The notes beneath the pieces were generated by a model. The model saw only the letters and a program-made list of their open reading frames with translations. It made no database searches and had not been told where the DNA came from. 64,000 nt of DNA from a virus (lineage: Duplodnaviria > Caudoviricetes). Numbering within the stretch: the stretch's first letter is position 1; every line of letters begins with the position of its first letter. Positions 45,249 through 54,555 of this stretch are shown here, one piece after another. The position numbers and the translations under genes were made by a program. The DNA lies in IMG/VR virus record IMGVR_UViG_3300005535_000018, positions 1 through 64,000 of that record; one strand, given 5' to 3'.

Positions 45249-47374
45249 GACCCGGCCCCGATCTGGCGGGCGGTCATCGCGTCGACCACCGCTTCAAGCT
45301 TCGCGCCCTTGAGCACGGCGCCCTTCTCCTTGCCGTTGACCGACGGGACACCCAACGCCCGGGCCTGGGCCGAGATGGCCTCCTGGCTCAGCGCCTCGTA
45401 AAAGTCCGGGAACTGCCCGACCAGCCGGCTGGCCAGCTGCTGCCAACTGACGAAGGCCTCACCGGCGTAGAACACCGACCGGACGTCGGCCAGCACGTCC
45501 CGGCTGGGGCGGGTCACGTCTTCGCCGGCCGCCATGCCGGACAGGGTCCCGGCCCGCTGCCGCAGAGCCCTGGCCGCGGTGAGGATCTTCTCGGCGTCCT
45601 GACCGTCGGCGAGGTACGTGCGCACCGTGGGCGAGGCGTCCGAGGCGCCCCGCAGGATGCCGACGCCCTTGTAGGTCGGCATGAGGGTTGAGGCGTCGAG
45701 ACCTTCGCTGTAGGCCCCGGCGCCGAGGATCACGTCAGACACCTGCCACGACCCGACCCGCAGAGCGAGCCGGATTTGGTGCTGGTCACGGAACGCGGTG
45801 AAGGCGTTGGCGATCTGGCCGGTGCCGACCCCTGACGGCTTCTGTGTCGCGTCGAGCACGATCACCCCGGCGCCGGGGGCAACCTTGACCAGGTACACGA
45901 GCAGGCCGGCGATCTCCTTGGCGCTCTCGCCGGTGTCGAAGTACTCCTGCACCTCGTCGATCACCACCAGCCGCACCGGCATCCTGAACCGGGGGTCGCG
46001 GGCGATCGCGCGAGTGAGCTTCCCCTCGGGGCACACCTCGGGCGGGAGCTCGGACAGCCGCCGGTAGCGATCTTCGACGTCGGCGCGCAGCTCGCGCAGC
46101 GAGTCCAGGAACAGGTCGACCGGGTCGCCGTCGCGGGACAGGGCCAGCCCGAACCCGCACCGGTCGGCCACCAGCCGGAACGAGCGCCAGTCGGGTGAGC
46201 CCTTGCCGTCGAAGACGGTCAGCTTCACGTACGGGTCCATCGCCCCGTACAGGGCGATCGCGCGGGCGGTGAACGTCTTGCCGGCCCGGGGCACGGCCCC
46301 CACGAGGATCGAGTGCCACAGCAGCGGCACGACCACGGGCCGGCCCCGCTCATCCAGCCCGAGCGGGGCCGGCTCCCAGATGTCGGTCGGGCGTAGCCGC
46401 AGCAGCGGTGTCCGCCCGGCCGGCACGGCGAGCGGGTCACGGTCGGCGACCCAAAGAGTGTGGCGGCGCTGCGAGGTCGGGTCGCGGTGGATGAACACCT
46501 GCGACAGGGTCACGTCGAGACCGGACGCGATGCGGGGCCGGGCCTTGACCGCGTCTTCGAGGCCCCTGCCGTACGGGAGGTCGACCGTCACCCGGGAGCC
46601 CTCGCCGTCGCGGGCCATCGGCGACCCGAACATGATCTGCTGGTCTGGCTTGTCGGGGTGGCCGAGGCCGGCCGCGTAGTAGGCCCGCAACACGATGTCG
46701 GCGGTGAGCCTGCGGTACCGGCTGGTGACGACGGCGGCGGACACGATCGGCCGGCCGGCGGGGCGGCCCAGGTGCGCGAGAAGCGGCACCGCGACGGCCG
46801 CAACAAGGCCCCACGCCCAGTGGGGCGCCAGCACCTCGATCAGCACTGCCCCGACGGTGAGCGCGACCAGTTCGGCGCACAACACGATGCCTCGCCAGAG
46901 GCGCACGTTGCGGGCTTCCTTGTGCAACTTCAACCACGTGGCCGGGTCGTTCGCGTTGGCGGCTTCCTGCCGTAGCTGGTGCTGCTCGGTCAGCCACCAC
47001 CACCGCAGCTGCCGGCCGATCAGCCGGAACACGCCCACGATCGCCCACCAGGCCGCCAGCACGACATAGGCGGGCGACCGGACGGCGTGGAAGCCGACGC
47101 GGTGGCCGGTGCGGCCGGCGGTGCGCTTGACGGTCGGCACCAGGTTGGCGCCGCGCAGCGCCGCCGGGATGATCGGGCGAAGGTCGTCGACCTGGCTGGT
47201 GACGTCGACGTAGACCGGCCCGGTCGACGCCAGGGGCGGCTCGTCCAGCTCGATCTCGTAGTGCGTGTCCAGCAGCTCGCCGCGGCTGACCAGTTCGGCG
47301 CCGCCCCGCGGTGGCAGGTGGTAGACCCGGGCGCCCTCGTTGTCGACGTCGTCGTCGATCGGCTGCTGCGTCAT
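45245..47374 (-). CDS. traB: TraB-like FtsK/SpoIIIE conjugative DNA translocase
   Basis: TM region; Walker A AVPRAGKT; DGKG; Walker B VIDEVQ; ATQKP; C-terminal wHTH-like DVLADVRSVF...WQQLASRL. Confidence 0.85.
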   Translation of the reverse strand: MTQQPIDDDVDNEGARVYHLPPRGGAELVSRGELLDTHYEIELDEPPLASTGPVYVDVTSQVDDLRPIIPAALRGANLVPTVKRTAGRTGHRVGFHAVRSPAYVVLAAWWAIVGVFRLIGRQLRWWWLTEQHQLRQEAANANDPATWLKLHKEARNVRLWRGIVLCAELVALTVGAVLIEVLAPHWAWGLVAAVAVPLLAHLGRPAGRPIVSAAVVTSRYRRLTADIVLRAYYAAGLGHPDKPDQQIMFGSPMARDGEGSRVTVDLPYGRGLEDAVKARPRIASGLDVTLSQVFIHRDPTSQRRHTLWVADRDPLAVPAGRTPLLRLRPTDIWEPAPLGLDERGRPVVVPLLWHSILVGAVPRAGKTFTARAIALYGAMDPYVKLTVFDGKGSPDWRSFRLVADRCGFGLALSRDGDPVDLFLDSLRELRADVEDRYRRLSELPPEVCPEGKLTRAIARDPRFRMPVRLVVIDEVQEYFDTGESAKEIAGLLVYLVKVAPGAGVIVLDATQKPSGVGTGQIANAFTAFRDQHQIRLALRVGSWQVSDVILGAGAYSEGLDASTLMPTYKGVGILRGASDASPTVRTYLADGQDAEKILTAARALRQRAGTLSGMAAGEDVTRPSRDVLADVRSVFYAGEAFVSWQQLASRLVGQFPDFYEALSQEAISAQARALGVPSVNGKEKGAVLKGAKLEAVVDAMTARQIGAGS

Positions 47375-47387
47375 GACCTGCCCCCGA

Positions 47388-47542
47388 GGTAGCTCGTAGC
47401 GGCCGGGACGGGTGCAGTGGGCCCGAAAACCGGCCCCCCAGCCCCGGGTGCCGTCGTGGCGCTACCCGCTACCTGAGGCCGTCTGCGCTGGTCAGCCGGT
47501 AGCGGCCGCGGTAGCGGTGCCGCTACCCCGGTAGCGGCACCC
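47388..47542. repeat. Cluster of GGTAGC/GCTACC repeats upstream of traB
   Basis: About 7 copies in both orientations within about 150 bp. Confidence 0.55.
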
Positions 47543-47725
47543 TTGCGACCGGACCGGCGCACAGGCACCCCCGCGGGCGCCGTGGACAGGCCAGTGCGGG
47601 CGTGCGCTTGCGGGCCCGGGCGGGCGCTCGTACCCTCGCGCGTGCGCGGGCGCGCGCCCGGGCCCACGCGCGAGCCCGCGGCATCGCGGGGGCGGGCGGA
47701 GGCGGGCGCGCACCGCCCGGGGGAG

Positions 47726-48142
47726 GGCCCAACTTCGGCCCCAGCCGGGGCACAACTTGACGCCCCGAAGTTGGGTTCGTCTGCACCGCTGTAACGGCCC
47801 TCAGCCGGGCCCAACTTCGGGGCACCATCTGACCCGAAGTTGGGCCCGGCGAGGGCCCAACAACGTCCACAACGTCGGCGGGAGGCACCGCAAAGTTGGG
47901 CTTGGGGAAGCTCGTCACGGGTCGCGTCGCCCCACGCCGATGTTGTGGACAGATCCTGCTGGTCGTGGCCGGTTCCGGAAGGGTCTGACCGGACCCAACT
48001 TGACGCCCAGGCGGCCGCCATCACGCGGCCGGCCGGGCCCAACAACGACAGCCGAATCGAGCCGTTGGCGGACCCAACATCGCCACGCACCACATGCTCC
48101 GGGCGGGCCCAACTTCGCAGGCCGGCGGCGGGCCCAACTTCG
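47726..48142. repeat. Array of GGCCCAACTTCG-type 12-mers (candidate clt/TRS or centromere-like locus)
   Basis: Exact copies at 47726, 47808, 47835 (-), 48106 and 48131, plus about 9 variants in both orientations. Confidence 0.8.
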
Positions 48143-48207
48143 CCCGCACAGCAGCGGTGGTGGTTGGTGAGTGTGAACATCGCGGCGGTGGGTCCTTCCT
48201 GGGCGGG

Positions 48208-49425
48208 TCAGTCGGTGGTGCTGGTGCGGCCAGCTGCGCGCCGCACGGTGTTCAGCCGGGTGTCGGAGACGCCGAGGTCGGCGGCGATGTCCTTCCACGT
48301 CCGGGTCGGGTTGGCCTCCCGGAGGGCGTCGGAGCGGGCCAGCAGCTCGGCCGCGGGGATGCGCTCACGCTTGCCGGCGTCGCCGGACTTGCCGCGACGG
48401 CGGCGGGGAGCGGCCGGGGCGGGCGCCGGCTGGGCGGCACCGGCCGGCGCCGAGGGCGTCGTGACCCGGGCGGCGCGGCGGATACCGAACAGCCGACGAC
48501 GGTTGGCCCGCTCGACCGCATGGGCTTCCTCGATCTGGGCCGGGTCGATCCGCCGGGCGTAGATCGCGGCCAGCTGACCCAGCTGGGCCTGCGCCGAGAT
48601 CTCGTCGGCGAGCTGGTCCGGGTCGATGACCGACGTCATCAGCTGGGCGTTGTCGGCGCCGAGCACCCGGCCCAGGTCGGCGCGGATGATGCGCTGCATG
48701 GCGGCGCGGCGGGCGTCGGCGGCCAGGGACTTGCGGGCTGCCTCGAGCGACCCGGCCCGGCCCAGGCCCGGGTCGGTGATGGCGTGCTGCTTCGCCCGAG
48801 CCACCAGCTTCGGTTGGGTGAGGGTGAGCCACGGCCCGTACAGCGGCGGCGGGTCGTCGATCTTGTTCTGCCGCCAGAGACTGTCGCGGCGGTTGAAGGC
48901 CGACTCGATCACGAACGTGACGAACCCGGCTGCGCTGAAGACGGCGAAGACCCCGGCCAGGAACGGGTTGACGACGTGGTGGCCCCACCAGTTGACCAGC
49001 ACAGCGAAGCCGGAGAAGCCGGTCGACAGGGCGTAGGCGACGTAGGCGTTCTCGCCGAGGGCGCGCCGGTAGTTGGCGACGGCGGCGAATCCGACCGCGA
49101 AGCCCTCGACCGCGACGACGAAGACGATCGCGACGAACAGGGGCATCTTGGCGACCAGGTCGGTGGTGAGTTGGCCGGTCATGGCGACGACCACGGCCAG
49201 GACGTAGATGACCCGCAGGAGCCACTTGACGCCCCGGCCCTTCGTCTCGATCAGTCTGACCCGCTCGGCCCGGGCCTCGGCCCGGCGGCGGTCCAGCTCG
49301 GCCTGCTCGCTGCGGGTACGGGTTGGCGGTGCCAGGGCCGGGGTCAGGGTCGGGTGCCGGCCGTTGGGGGAGGTCGTGGCGGTGTTGGGTGTCGGTGGCA
49401 TGCCGGCCATCATCGACGCGGTCAT
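48208..49425 (-). CDS. SpdB2/DUF2637-like multi-TM spread protein with C-terminal HTH
   Basis: Four TM helices, coiled coil, TWKDIAADLGVSDTRLNTVRR. Confidence 0.7.
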   Translation of the reverse strand: MTASMMAGMPPTPNTATTSPNGRHPTLTPALAPPTRTRSEQAELDRRRAEARAERVRLIETKGRGVKWLLRVIYVLAVVVAMTGQLTTDLVAKMPLFVAIVFVVAVEGFAVGFAAVANYRRALGENAYVAYALSTGFSGFAVLVNWWGHHVVNPFLAGVFAVFSAAGFVTFVIESAFNRRDSLWRQNKIDDPPPLYGPWLTLTQPKLVARAKQHAITDPGLGRAGSLEAARKSLAADARRAAMQRIIRADLGRVLGADNAQLMTSVIDPDQLADEISAQAQLGQLAAIYARRIDPAQIEEAHAVERANRRRLFGIRRAARVTTPSAPAGAAQPAPAPAAPRRRRGKSGDAGKRERIPAAELLARSDALREANPTRTWKDIAADLGVSDTRLNTVRRAAGRTSTTD

Positions 49426-49965
49426 CGGTCGCTCTCCCGCTCCTCGGTCAGGCCCGGCGTGGCGCTACCGGGACGATTCGTGTCGATGCGGTGCCAGCCG
49501 GGCAAAGGGGACCCGTCGAAGGCGACTGGGCTGTGGTAGCCCTGCCGGCCCTGCCGTCGGGCCGCCTCAGCCACCCCCCGCCGGTGCTCCGCGCACATCG
49601 GCCCGGCGGCCATGTCGCCGCCCGAGGCGACCCAGCAGCAGGCCCCCGACGCGGCCTCGGTGGTGGTGTGGCGTCTACCGAACATGAGTCGCCCTCCACA
49701 TCACGAACACGGCGACCACGTCGAGCACGACAACCACGGCGAGCGCCCACGCCAGCGGGGCGACGCCGGCCGCCTGCAGGGCCAGGACCGCACCGACCAG
49801 ACCCGCGGCGGCGAGCAGCAGAACGGCCGTCACCAACACCGCGCCCCACAGCCGCAGACGGCGGACCGTACGTTGCCGCCGGCCCGCCGGTGTCGCCTTC
49901 TCCCAGCGGCGCACCGCCGCCCGGGTGTACGGGTCGGTCTGACGGGCCCGCCTAAGCAGAGACAT
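49422..49965 (-). CDS. Two small transfer-operon genes (49422-49685; 49675-49965, membrane)
   Basis: Coupled ORFs; the second has two TM helices. Confidence 0.55.
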
Positions 49966-50230
49966 CGCCGACCTCCGGCCTGGTCTGGGACAGGAGCCGG
50001 CTGATGCGGGCGTGGTCGACCTCGAGGAGCCGCGCGATGTCCGCCTGGGCCTGGCCGCGGGCCAGGTCGGCGATCAGGTCACGTCGGAGCGCGGCCAGGT
50101 CGGCGGGAAGGGTGCGCCTGCTCCGTGCGTAGTCGGTGAGAGCTATCGCCCGGTCGGCGACGGGCTGGGCGACGTCACGAGCGATCGCGAGTAGGCGAAG
50201 CTCGCCCTTCGTCTTGGAGCCCTTGGCCAT
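49952..50230 (-). CDS. Small HTH protein, first gene of the transfer operon
   Basis: AQADIARLLEVDHARISRLL. Confidence 0.7.
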   Translation of the reverse strand: MAKGSKTKGELRLLAIARDVAQPVADRAIALTDYARSRRTLPADLAALRRDLIADLARGQAQADIARLLEVDHARISRLLSQTRPEVGDVSA

Positions 50231-50263
50231 CCCGCCGACCCTCCCAGGATCTTGACACGTCAC

Positions 50264-50335
50264 GTCTAGACAAGCTAGACCAGCGTGTGACGCGACACGG
50301 CCAAAGTCAAGCCTCTCGGCTAAACTTGTCTAGAC
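50264..50335. promoter_or_regulatory. GntR/HutC-type operators in the divergent kor/tra promoter region
   Basis: GTCTAGACAAG (50264-50274) and its inverse CTTGTCTAGAC (50325-50335); core palindrome GTCTAGAC; extra half-site CTAGAC. Confidence 0.7.
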
Positions 50336-50391
50336 CGGTGTGTTGGCTCATGATGGGGGGCGACCCGCGCCGCCGAGAAGGAGACGAGTAG

Positions 50392-51165
50392 GTGCCGCCT
50401 CAGCTATCCGTCCAGGACCAGATCGCCGCCGATCTGCGCCGAAAGATCACCACCGGGGTTCTCGGCCCTGGCGCCAAACTGCCCACCGAGCGGGGCCTGA
50501 TGGCGATCTACGGGACGGCGCGCAACACGGTCCGCTCTGCCCTGACCCTCCTGATCCAGGAGGGTCTGGTCACGAGCCGGCAGGGGCACAGCTACAGCGT
50601 CCGGGAGTACGCACCGTTGGACTGGTGGCCGGGCACCTTCGAGCACCAGGCCAGCCGCCGCGACACGGCTGAGGCGGGGGCTGACGCCTGGGCCGCCGAC
50701 GTGCAGGCGCAGGGCCACGAGGCCCGCCAGGAGGTCGATGTGTCGATCATCGTTCCGCCGGCCCGCGTCGCGGCGGAGCTCAAAACCCCGGACGGCGAGC
50801 TGGTCGTGGTACGCCGCCGCCGCCGCTTCGTCGACGGCGCCCTGGTCCAGTTGGCCGACTCGTACTACCCGTTGTGGGTAGCCGAGGGCACCCCGATCAT
50901 GACCCCCGGGGACGTAACGATTCCGGGCGGCCTGATGGCCGCCGCGGGGCAACGTCAGGCCCGCTACGTCGACGACATCATCAGCCGGATGGCGACCCGG
51001 GCCGAGGCGGTCCTGATGGACCTCGGCGCGGTGACGCCGATGATCGTGCACCTGCGGGTCGGGTACAACGTCGCTGGTCGGCCGGTGCGGGTCATCATCA
51101 CCACCGCCCCGGGCGACAAGCTGCGCATTCGGATGGAGTTCACTGACCCGGCGGTGACCGGGTGA
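50392..51165 (+). CDS. GntR/HutC-family repressor with UTRA domain (KorA/TraR-like)
   Basis: QIAADLRRKI..G.L.PG.KLPTE..L...YGTARNTVR.AL..L..EGLV; UTRA-like C-terminus; divergent from the tra operon. Confidence 0.9.
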   Translation: MPPQLSVQDQIAADLRRKITTGVLGPGAKLPTERGLMAIYGTARNTVRSALTLLIQEGLVTSRQGHSYSVREYAPLDWWPGTFEHQASRRDTAEAGADAWAADVQAQGHEARQEVDVSIIVPPARVAAELKTPDGELVVVRRRRRFVDGALVQLADSYYPLWVAEGTPIMTPGDVTIPGGLMAAAGQRQARYVDDIISRMATRAEAVLMDLGAVTPMIVHLRVGYNVAGRPVRVIITTAPGDKLRIRMEFTDPAVTG

Positions 51166-51758
51166 GTGTCTACTTGATCCGCTGCGCGACCGGCGCTGAC
51201 CTCGACGCTGTGCTCTCGCTGCGCCGTGAGGCCGAACGGTGGCTGGCCGAGAACGGCATCCGGCAGTGGACCGCCGACTACGACGAGTACGCCGTGGGGG
51301 TGCTGACCGCCTGGATCGACTCGGGCGCCGCCTGGGTGGTTGAGGATGACGGCGCGGTGGTGGCGACGGTGTCGGTGCACCGGCTGCCCGACCTCGACTT
51401 TTGGGGCTGGGCTGACCCGCTCGACCGCGCCGCCGCCCTGTACCTCGGCAAGATGATCGTTGCTCGGTCCCACGCCGGCCGGGGCATCGGCGACGCGATT
51501 ATGAACTGGGCCAGCCGGCGGGCCGTCGCCGCCGACCTCACCTGGGTTCGTCTCGACGTACGCCGCGACAACCTCCGTCTTCAGGGCTACTACGAGGAGC
51601 GAGGCTTCCGGCACCTACGGACCTGGCACGCCGCCGGGCGCCGCACCGAGTCGGGCTGGCTCGCCCAACGGCGGGCCGGAACGCTGACCGACACGCCAGC
51701 CCAGCTCGTCGAGGCGTGCCCGGCGGGTCATCGCGGGTCAGCAGCGAGAGAGGGGTGA
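51162..51758 (+). CDS. GNAT-family N-acetyltransferase
   Basis: YLGKMIVARSHAGRGIG; RLDV..DN.RL..YYE.RGF. Confidence 0.88.
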   Translation: MSVYLIRCATGADLDAVLSLRREAERWLAENGIRQWTADYDEYAVGVLTAWIDSGAAWVVEDDGAVVATVSVHRLPDLDFWGWADPLDRAAALYLGKMIVARSHAGRGIGDAIMNWASRRAVAADLTWVRLDVRRDNLRLQGYYEERGFRHLRTWHAAGRRTESGWLAQRRAGTLTDTPAQLVEACPAGHRGSAAREG

Positions 51759-52043
51759 GATGAGGGCTGCGCGGCCGCTGGATCGGCGGCAAACGAGGCA
51801 CCGCCCGCCGAGGTGGCGGTACGGTGCCGGAAACGACAGATAGGCCGCATACCCGGACGGGCGTGCGGCAAACAGGCCAAATGTAAGGGCCGCCTAGGAG
51901 GGATCAACTCCTGGCGGCCCGAGAACCGAGACCCACGCACCCAAGCGATAAGGGGCTCCCTAACCGCTCGCGCGGTGAGGCTGTCTGGAGTCTAGCAACG
52001 GGCTCCGGCGTTTCCTCAACCCCGCGCGGGGAGAGGAACGCAT

Positions 52044-52364
52044 ATGCAGTCTGACGACCAGGCTGTCGACCCCACCGACCAGCTCACCCCGATCGACGTC
52101 CTGTTTTCCGCCGTCTGTGACCGCCGCCTGTCCTGGGCCGCGCGAGGCGTCTACGCCTCCATCGCCGTCGCATTGACAGCCACCAACCGGGAGCTGAACC
52201 TCACCGTCGACTGGCTTGAGAAGTACACGAGCGACGCGGACAGACCGCAGCCCGGCCTCGTCGTCGGCGCTCTCCAGGAGTTGGTCGACGCCGGCTACCT
52301 GAGGGCGGTCACCCAGTACGAGCCGGACCCCCGCGGCGGCGAGGCCGGCGGTGGTGGCGTATGA
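52044..52364 (+). CDS. Winged-helix-like protein preceding the replication initiator
   Basis: DRRLSWAARGVY...ALQELVDAGYL. Confidence 0.6.
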   Translation: MQSDDQAVDPTDQLTPIDVLFSAVCDRRLSWAARGVYASIAVALTATNRELNLTVDWLEKYTSDADRPQPGLVVGALQELVDAGYLRAVTQYEPDPRGGEAGGGGV

Positions 52365-53272
52365 GTCTTCAAGCGATCGCTTGGGTCCTGGAGGCCGCGC
52401 CTGACGTGCCACCTCACCTCGTCGCCGTCCTGGTCGGCTTGGCCAACCACGCCAACGAAGACGGCCGCAACGCCTACCCGAGCCAGGAGCTGCTGGCCTG
52501 GTACACCCGCAAGGGCGACCGGTCGGTGCGCAAAGACCTCGACGCGCTCGAGGAGCTGGGCCTGATCCGCCGCGGCAACCAGCGGGTCGTCGAGTACCTG
52601 CCAGCCGACAAGCGTCCGGTGGTGTGGGACCTCGCCCTCGACCAGCGGCGCGACCCCCGCCCCGCTCACGGCCAGCCGGGCCGGCCGACGGCAAACCCGC
52701 AGCTCAAGGCCGGCGAGGAAAACGGGGGGAACCACAGGCCCCCCGGATTGTTGGCCGACCCGGAAAACGGGGGGGCCTACAGTTCCGGGCGGGCCCTGGA
52801 TACAAATCGGGGGGGCCTACAGTTCCAAATCGGGGGGGCCTGTAGGCCCGCCGAACCGTACTTAGAACCGTACTTGAACCAAGAACCCCCTACCCCCCGC
52901 GCAAGCGCGGGGGAACCCGAATCGTCAGACCAAACCCGAACCCCCGGCCGGCCCTGCGGCCGCAATCACCCGGACACCGTCGCCTGCCGACCGTGCGGCA
53001 CCAACCCCCGGGCCCGGGCCGCGGCCGCCGAGCGGGGCCGGCTCAGCACACGCCGGCCCTGCCCTGCTCACCCCGGCCAGTTCGCGGACGGGTGCTCCGG
53101 CTGCCGTGCCGACGAGAAGGCCGGCACAGCCGTACCGGCACAGCGCGAGCCGCGCCGCCCCTGGTGCGGCCGGTGCCGCCGGAACAGCCGCATGGTCGGC
53201 ACCGGCCGCAACTACCGGGCCTGCCCGACCTGCGGTGACGTCGCCGAGCCGGCCTCGTTGGGCGCTCCATGA
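52361..53272 (+). CDS. HTH replication initiator (phage replisome-organiser-like)
   Basis: MSLQAIAWVL...VLVGLANHA..DGRNAYPSQ..LA......RSVR..L..LEE.GLI; EPYLEP linker; Cys-rich C-terminus. Confidence 0.8.
   Translation: MSLQAIAWVLEAAPDVPPHLVAVLVGLANHANEDGRNAYPSQELLAWYTRKGDRSVRKDLDALEELGLIRRGNQRVVEYLPADKRPVVWDLALDQRRDPRPAHGQPGRPTANPQLKAGEENGGNHRPPGLLADPENGGAYSSGRALDTNRGGLQFQIGGACRPAEPYLEPYLNQEPPTPRASAGEPESSDQTRTPGRPCGRNHPDTVACRPCGTNPRARAAAAERGRLSTRRPCPAHPGQFADGCSGCRADEKAGTAVPAQREPRRPWCGRCRRNSRMVGTGRNYRACPTCGDVAEPASLGAP
52717..52890 (+). repeat. Iteron-like direct repeats inside the rep gene (candidate origin)
   Basis: AAA(A/T)CGGGGGG(G)-type repeats at about 52719, 52764, 52804 and 52827, two continuing CCTACAGTTCC; GAACCGTACTT twice. 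Confidence 0.7.
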
Positions 53273-53709
53273 CCGATCAACCCGCCGTGACGGCGGAGGC
53301 TGACCAGTTCCGGGCCGCCGCGGCCGAGGCCCGCGCCTGGGCCAAGGCGGAGGCCACCAAACCCGACTCCGTCGACCACGCCGAGGTCGAAGGCCCGCCC
53401 CGCTGGATCGTCGACTTCGTCCACCGCCACGACCACGCCCTAGTCAACGGCCCGCGCACCATCTGCCCCCACATCGGCGCCCACCCCCGCGTCGCGCACG
53501 TCGCCCACTGGCGGCCCGGGTCGCTGGCCTGCACGCCCTGCGCCGAGGCCGGCTGGCTCGACCGTCTCGCCACCTACGAGCAGGCCATGACCTGCGCCGT
53601 GTGCGGCAACCACGGCACCGCCGCCACCATGTCCGGCGGCCGCGCCCAAAACGGGCCGTTCGTCCTCCACTTCGGCGTTCACAAAACCTGCTCCTGGAGC
53701 CAGCCATGA
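53269..53709 (+). CDS. Cys/His-rich protein (paralog 1)
   Basis: CPHI...W.PG...C..C...CAVCG...HFG. Confidence 0.65.
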   Translation: MTDQPAVTAEADQFRAAAAEARAWAKAEATKPDSVDHAEVEGPPRWIVDFVHRHDHALVNGPRTICPHIGAHPRVAHVAHWRPGSLACTPCAEAGWLDRLATYEQAMTCAVCGNHGTAATMSGGRAQNGPFVLHFGVHKTCSWSQP

Positions 53710-54170
53710 CCAACCCACCGACCCGGCCCCCGGCCTCGGCCGAGGTCGCCGCGCACATGATCAAACGGGCCGAGGCCGACGCAACCCGCGCCCTCGACGC
53801 GGCCGCCGCCACCTTCGGCGGAACACCCACCGCCCTCACCGACCGCGCCCCCCTCTGGGCCCAGCCCTACATCGCCCGCCACAACGACGCCATGGACCGC
53901 GAGCACTACGTCTGCGAACACATCACCGGCCCCATCACCGCCATCCACATCGCGGTCTGGGCCCCCGGCTACGTGTGCTGCTCCGACTGCGCCGACATCG
54001 GCCTGCTCAGCTCCCTGTGCCCCCCGGCCGAGGCCCACCGCTGCGACGTGTGCGGCCGCGACTGCCCACCCCCGGCCGGCCTGCGCCACGGCATGCTCCG
54101 CGGCGGCCACGCCCTCATCCACTTCGGCTGCTGCGACCCCTGCAACGACTCGGGCGCCGTGACCCGGTGA
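53706..54170 (+). CDS. Cys/His-rich protein (paralog 2)
   Basis: CEHI...WAPG..CCSDC...CDVCG...HFGCC. Confidence 0.65.
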   Translation: MTNPPTRPPASAEVAAHMIKRAEADATRALDAAAATFGGTPTALTDRAPLWAQPYIARHNDAMDREHYVCEHITGPITAIHIAVWAPGYVCCSDCADIGLLSSLCPPAEAHRCDVCGRDCPPPAGLRHGMLRGGHALIHFGCCDPCNDSGAVTR

Positions 54171-54493
54171 CCGCACCCGCGAGACCGTGGCTCCTCACCT
54201 GCTATGGCCAACCCGTCGACGGGTTCGAGGTGACCCTCGCCGAAGCGAAACGCCGCGCCAACGACCACATCCGCCACACCTGCCCCTACGGGCCGATGCC
54301 CTGGGCCGCGTTGATCTTCTGGTACCAGACCACCCTGCCCGAGCTGGGCGGCCGGTACGTCTCCTCCGGCGGCGGGTCGTGGCTCAACCACCACCTCATC
54401 CCCATCCCCGCCGGGCCGGCCCAAGATCACCCGGCCGGACCCCCCTCCGTCGGCGCAGAGCCCGTGGCGAAGCGGCCCGGCGCGTCGCCATAG
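54167..54493 (+). CDS. Hypothetical protein
   Basis: GTGA coupling. Confidence 0.5.
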   Translation: MTAPARPWLLTCYGQPVDGFEVTLAEAKRRANDHIRHTCPYGPMPWAALIFWYQTTLPELGGRYVSSGGGSWLNHHLIPIPAGPAQDHPAGPPSVGAEPVAKRPGASP

Positions 54494-54498
54494 AGGCA

Positions 54499-54540
54499 GG
54501 AGACCTGTCACTATAAGATTGCTTATCCCGACAGGTCTCC
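54499..54540. other. dif/lox-like tyrosine recombinase site
   Basis: TGTCACTATAA-GATTGC-TTATCCCGACA (11-6-11) inside the longer inverted repeat GGAGACCTGTC...GACAGGTCTCC. Confidence 0.6.
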
Positions 54541-54555
54541 AGGGGAGGAAGATCA

